From the NCBI GenBank assembly GCA_004022145.1, contig RCNU01000040.1: a stretch of DNA of 27,588 nt. One strand, written 5' to 3'. The notes under the pieces are model-generated. The model worked only from the letters and a program-made list of their open reading frames with translations. It was not told where the DNA came from and searched no databases. The translations under genes were made by a program, and so were the position numbers. This document shows, piece by piece, positions 23,600 through 27,588 of the stretch (position 1 is the first letter of the stretch; every line of letters starts with the position of its first letter). The DNA comes from Paecilomyces variotii (lineage: Eukaryota).

Positions 23600-25700
23600 T
23601 TATTACTAATATTTTTTTTAAAAAATTTTTAATTTAATATATATACTAAATATATTATATAATTAGATTCTATATTTTATTATAAGATATTGCTAATTAT
23701 TTTAAATAGTTAAATATATTTAGTTTTATTATATATTATATATAGCTACTAGTAATTTATATCTAGAGTTATTTAACTAATATTAGATTTAAGTATATCT
23801 TTTTAAACTTAAGGAGATTAATTATATTAAAATACTATTATATTTATTAAAATAAAAAAAGATTTCTTTAATATTAAATTATTAGATTAATTAAAATTAA
23901 TATTTTTTTCTTATTATAACTAGATATTTTATTAATATAAAATAAATATATAGAGAAATATTCTTAGCCTTTAATCTTATTTATAGATTATATACTAAAA
24001 AAAACTTAGTTAAAATATTATTAAAGAATCTTTATTAATATAATTTATAATATTAAATCTTTATTATTATTATAAATAATATAAATAATAATATTATTTT
24101 AATAATAAAGCTAAATAAAAGCTTAAAAGATAAGCTTAAAATAGATTTATTATTAAAAGATTTCTAAAATATAATATTAAGTTAACTTATTTTAAATTGC
24201 TATTATATTCTATATTTAGTATATATTTTATAATTTATAGTTAATGCTTTATTAAATAAACTCTATATTAATACTTTTATTAATAATAATATTAGTTAAA
24301 ATATAAAAAAGAATAAAGGCTTATTATATCTTTAGAGTATCTTAATATTATTAGAAAAGGTATTCTCTATTTAATTTAAGTTAGATTAATATTAATAGAT
24401 TTCTATATAAGTTTATAAGATTATTAAATTTATTAATGCGAGCTCTTAATATTAAGAATATTTCTTAATACTATAATAATTAAATATTAATTAGCTAAAA
24501 TTATTATTTTTTAATTACTAAATATAATAGAATTTAATATATTTTATATTTATATATACTCTTAAACTATATATAGTAATTAAATAATTTATTATATTAT
24601 AGGCTAATAAAGATATTTATTTTCTAATATTATCCTCTATTAAATAGTATTAAGTTAAATATCTTATTAAATTAACCTAGCTATTTTATAATCTTACTCT
24701 TACTATATTAAAAATAAATAATCTATTAATTTATAAAATTTTTAAAATTTATAATACTATCTTTAATTATCTTAATAACTATATAAAATATTTAAAATTA
24801 AAAAGAGCTATATAGAAGATATAATTTTAAAATATTTTATTTAAAGCTTATAATAAGTTATAAACTTATTATATTAAAATATATAAATTTTAAAGATTTA
24901 TATATATAATTATAATAATCCTTTACCTTAATATAAAATTTAAAATTTTTAAAACTTAAGTCTAGTATAATATAATAAAAAACTAATATAATACTTATAA
25001 AAAGATTTTTTATAAGATATTTTAATATTATAATAATTAAAATCTAAATATTAAGGTATAATTAAGAATTTATTTATTAGTCTTAACCTTAGATTATATA
25101 CTTATATAATTTAAATATTATTATCTTTCTTTAAGTATTACTAATACTTATTAAGAAATTTAAACTTATTTTATTAAAGGTAATATTTTATTTAATATTA
25201 TACTTAAATTATATAATATTATTTTAACTTAAGTTAGATTAAGTTTATTAAAATTAAATAATATCTTTAATTATTAGAGAATTAATAAATATTAATTTTT
25301 AATTCTTATAATAATAGCCTAAGATTTTTTTATAATCTTATTAAGTAATATTAATATAGAATAATTATTTAATAATATTTAAGATATCTGTTATTATTAA
25401 TATAGCTAATTACTTCTTAATATAATCTATACTTTAATACTTCTTATATATACTAAAAATTTTATTATTTAGCAGAAGTTTAAGATAATAACTAATAATA
25501 TAAATATAATATTTAATAATTAATAATTTAAAAAGAGAGAGATTAAATTACTAAATCTAATTAATAATAATAAGAATATAGATAATATATTAAAAGAAGA
25601 GATAAATATAGATAATAAAAATTATTAAATAAAGTAGTTTAAAGGTTAAAGTCTTTTAAATATTTAAATAAATTAACCTATTACTAAGTCTATTTATAAT
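23600..25700 (+). pseudogene. Element D: hAT-superfamily transposase relic, extremely RIP-degraded, with two probable short introns (limits approximate)
   Basis: ISLILNY*IN (SL.LDCWTS, D at 23877); TRYFIN..*.YREIFLAF; IINNINNN (TTDNASNN, D at 24075); ILYLVYIL* (IPCLAHILQ, 24207-24233); NY*I**NLIY (DC.TRWNSTY, 24513-24542). These motifs share one frame. Further on, K*Y*VKYLI...*LF, and the C-terminal dimerisation motif IA*DFF...IE*LFN...DICYY* (ERLFN..RDICHYRR, 25359-25400). Confidence 0.88.
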
Positions 25701-25989
25701 AAAAGAAAATAATTAGATAAATTACCTATATCTAAAATTTCTATATATCTTTAGAGAAATATAGTAATTATAGATAGATTTAAGTTTTTTAATTATTACT
25801 TATACTAGATTAATTATATTAAAGATTAATATAAATATTAAGAATTTAACTTAAGTTAGACTTTAATATTATATTCTAATATTATTTTACTAATTTTTAA
25901 TTAATATTTAGTAATAAATATTATAAAGAAATAAAAATCTAAATAGTTCTTAAAGATTAATAAGATTTATATAAAAATTTAGATTAATT

Positions 25990-26199
25990 TAAAGTAATTA
26001 AAAAAAAACTAAAAAACCGAATTAAACTAAAAAACTTAAAAAAACTAAACTTAAAAAAACTATATAATATACTATAAACTATTAGTTTAGTTTATAAAGT
26101 CTATAAACTATTTTAGTTTATAAAATTATAAACTAAACTAAACTATAAGTAGTTTAGTTTAGTTTAATTCGGTTTTTTTAATTTTCTATAATTACTTTA
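25990..26199. mobile_element. Element E: 210-bp MITE-like element with about 42-bp imperfect terminal inverted repeats
   Basis: Left taaagtaatta-10 nt-aaaaaaccgaattaaactaaa mirrors right tttagtttaattcggtttttt-10 nt-taattacttta. Interior is rich in aaacta/tagttt (probably RIP forms of AAACCG/AAACCA). Confidence 0.8.
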
Positions 26200-27588
26200 A
26201 ACTAGCTAAAGAATAAATTATATAAATCTAGGAATTAAATTACTTAAAGAGTCTAGAGGTAAGATTTATATATAGCTATAATTTAAATCTTTTAATAATT
26301 ATTTAAGTGCGAGTAATCTTTAATATAATATTTTAAGAAGCTATATTAAAAATAAGCGCTAGTTTTATAATATAATAAGCTATACTCTCTTTTACTTAAG
26401 TATTTAAAAATATTTAAATTTATTAAATTATATAGCTATACTAAGACTAGTTTACTTTTATATATAAGGCTTCTTTAAAGCTAATTATTATATCTTATAG
26501 TTAAAGTAAAGCTTAAAGTAAATAAAAAAAACTAAGTATACTAAATAAATTTTAAAATAATAGTATAAGTCTTTATAATAAGAGGCTAGTTTATAATATA
26601 TTAATAATAGTAATTCTTAAAATCTTATAGAAACTTAATAAATTAATAATATTTATAATTTAAAGATTAGCTATATAATAATATTTCTTAGAGTTTTTAA
26701 TTAATAGCTTACTTAAGCAGAGTAAATAATATTTTTTTAAGTATTTTTTCTTCTAGTACTAGGCGCTAAAATTTAATAAAAAAGATTTTAAATTTTTTAT
26801 TAATTTAATAGAGGTTAAATAGTTTATTATATATATTATTTATATAATTAGAATTACTAAATATATACTTTAAAATATCTAGAATCTCTTAGTAATTACT
26901 AAGAGTATAAATCCTATTTTTAATATATAGTAATATTTAAATATAAGGCGTATTTTTTAAATAATTAATTATATAAGCTATATAGCTTTAAGAGGTTAAA
27001 AATTAGTCTTAATTAATTATTATCTTCCTTTAAATTTAAGCTATAAAGCGCTAAAGGTTCTTTTAATAAATTTTAAATTTATTTAAGTTAAGAAGTTTTT
27101 TTAAAAGTTTAAAGGCAGAGAAAGATATAGTAATAAGTATTTTAAATATTTCTATTAAAATAGCTATAGGCCTTTTAATATTAAGCTTAGATTTAAATAT
27201 AAATATAAATATATTTATAGTAGAAATAGCTATATAATAAGCTTAATTCTTTTTAAAAATAGCCTAAATATATTACTATTCTTTTTTATTAAGCTATACC
27301 TTTTAATATTACTAAATAGCCTTAAGATTAATATTTTTTTATTTAAATCTTTATTATATAGCTATAAACTCTTACTAGAGTTTTTAAAACCTTATCTTAA
27401 TTTATTTAATATATTAGCTAGCTTTATTTATAGATAACTTAGCCTTAATAATATATTTATATATTAGGCAATAATAATTATATTATTTTAGCCTATAGTT
27501 AATAATAATATATTTAATAAATTCCCCTAGAATAATTAGTAGAAATAGAAGAATTAAGGTAAATATTATTAATAGTATTAACTCTTAA
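26200..27588 (-). mobile_element. gag: Element F: truncated second copy (gag region) of the element C family; 5' LTR expected just past the right edge
   Basis: Collinear with about 20156-21535, mostly transitions, with transversions and indels around 27285-27450. Confidence 0.92.

Larger units (their letters stand above)
1..27588. other. RIP-degraded AT-rich transposon cluster (fungal heterochromatin-like block)
   Basis: TpA excess and CpA/TpG scarcity throughout. LTR pair C differs at 26/237 sites and LTR pair B at 18/133 sites by hand count, all transitions and no indels. Catalytic motifs are altered by G>A (YLDD>YLNN, FLDD>FLDN). Confidence 0.95.

Noticed and set aside
26010-26170. aaacta/ctaaa repeats as telomeric repeats
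   Set aside because: They are arranged as inverted arrays inside a TIR-bounded 210-bp unit, not as a tandem TTAGGG-type tract.
1-27588. Alternative genetic code (TAA/TAG = Gln) or organelle/AT-rich bacterial DNA
   Set aside because: Stops replace Trp and Arg as well as Gln, catalytic Asp residues are mutated to Asn, and LTR pairs differ only by transitions. This is mutation damage, not recoding.

Overview
This window is an extremely AT-rich, gene-free block of nested transposable-element relics. The mutation pattern (paired LTRs differing only by C>T/G>A transitions, CpA/TpG depleted, TpA abundant, Gln/Trp/Arg codons turned into TAA/TAG) is that of fungal repeat-induced point mutation (RIP), so an ascomycete genome is the likely source. 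No intact gene is present. Reading through the RIP damage gives: (A) a minus-strand Ty3/Gypsy element from the left edge to 8222, with Gag-protease in one frame, Pol in the -1 frame and an extra ORF after integrase; (B) a plus-strand chromovirus at 8959-22981 with 133-bp LTRs and about 2 kb of extra coding-like sequence after the chromodomain; (C) a complete MAGGY-like chromovirus at 15881-21787 (minus strand, TSD ATAAT) inserted into B's extra ORF; (D) an older, more degraded hAT transposase at about 23600-25700, probably continuous with 8223-8958 before B inserted; (E) a 210-bp MITE at 25990-26199; (F) a second, truncated gag copy of the C family running off the right edge. The most interesting candidates are the two unexplained extra ORFs downstream of pol. 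All protein calls come from manual translation with RIP reversal, not from database searches.
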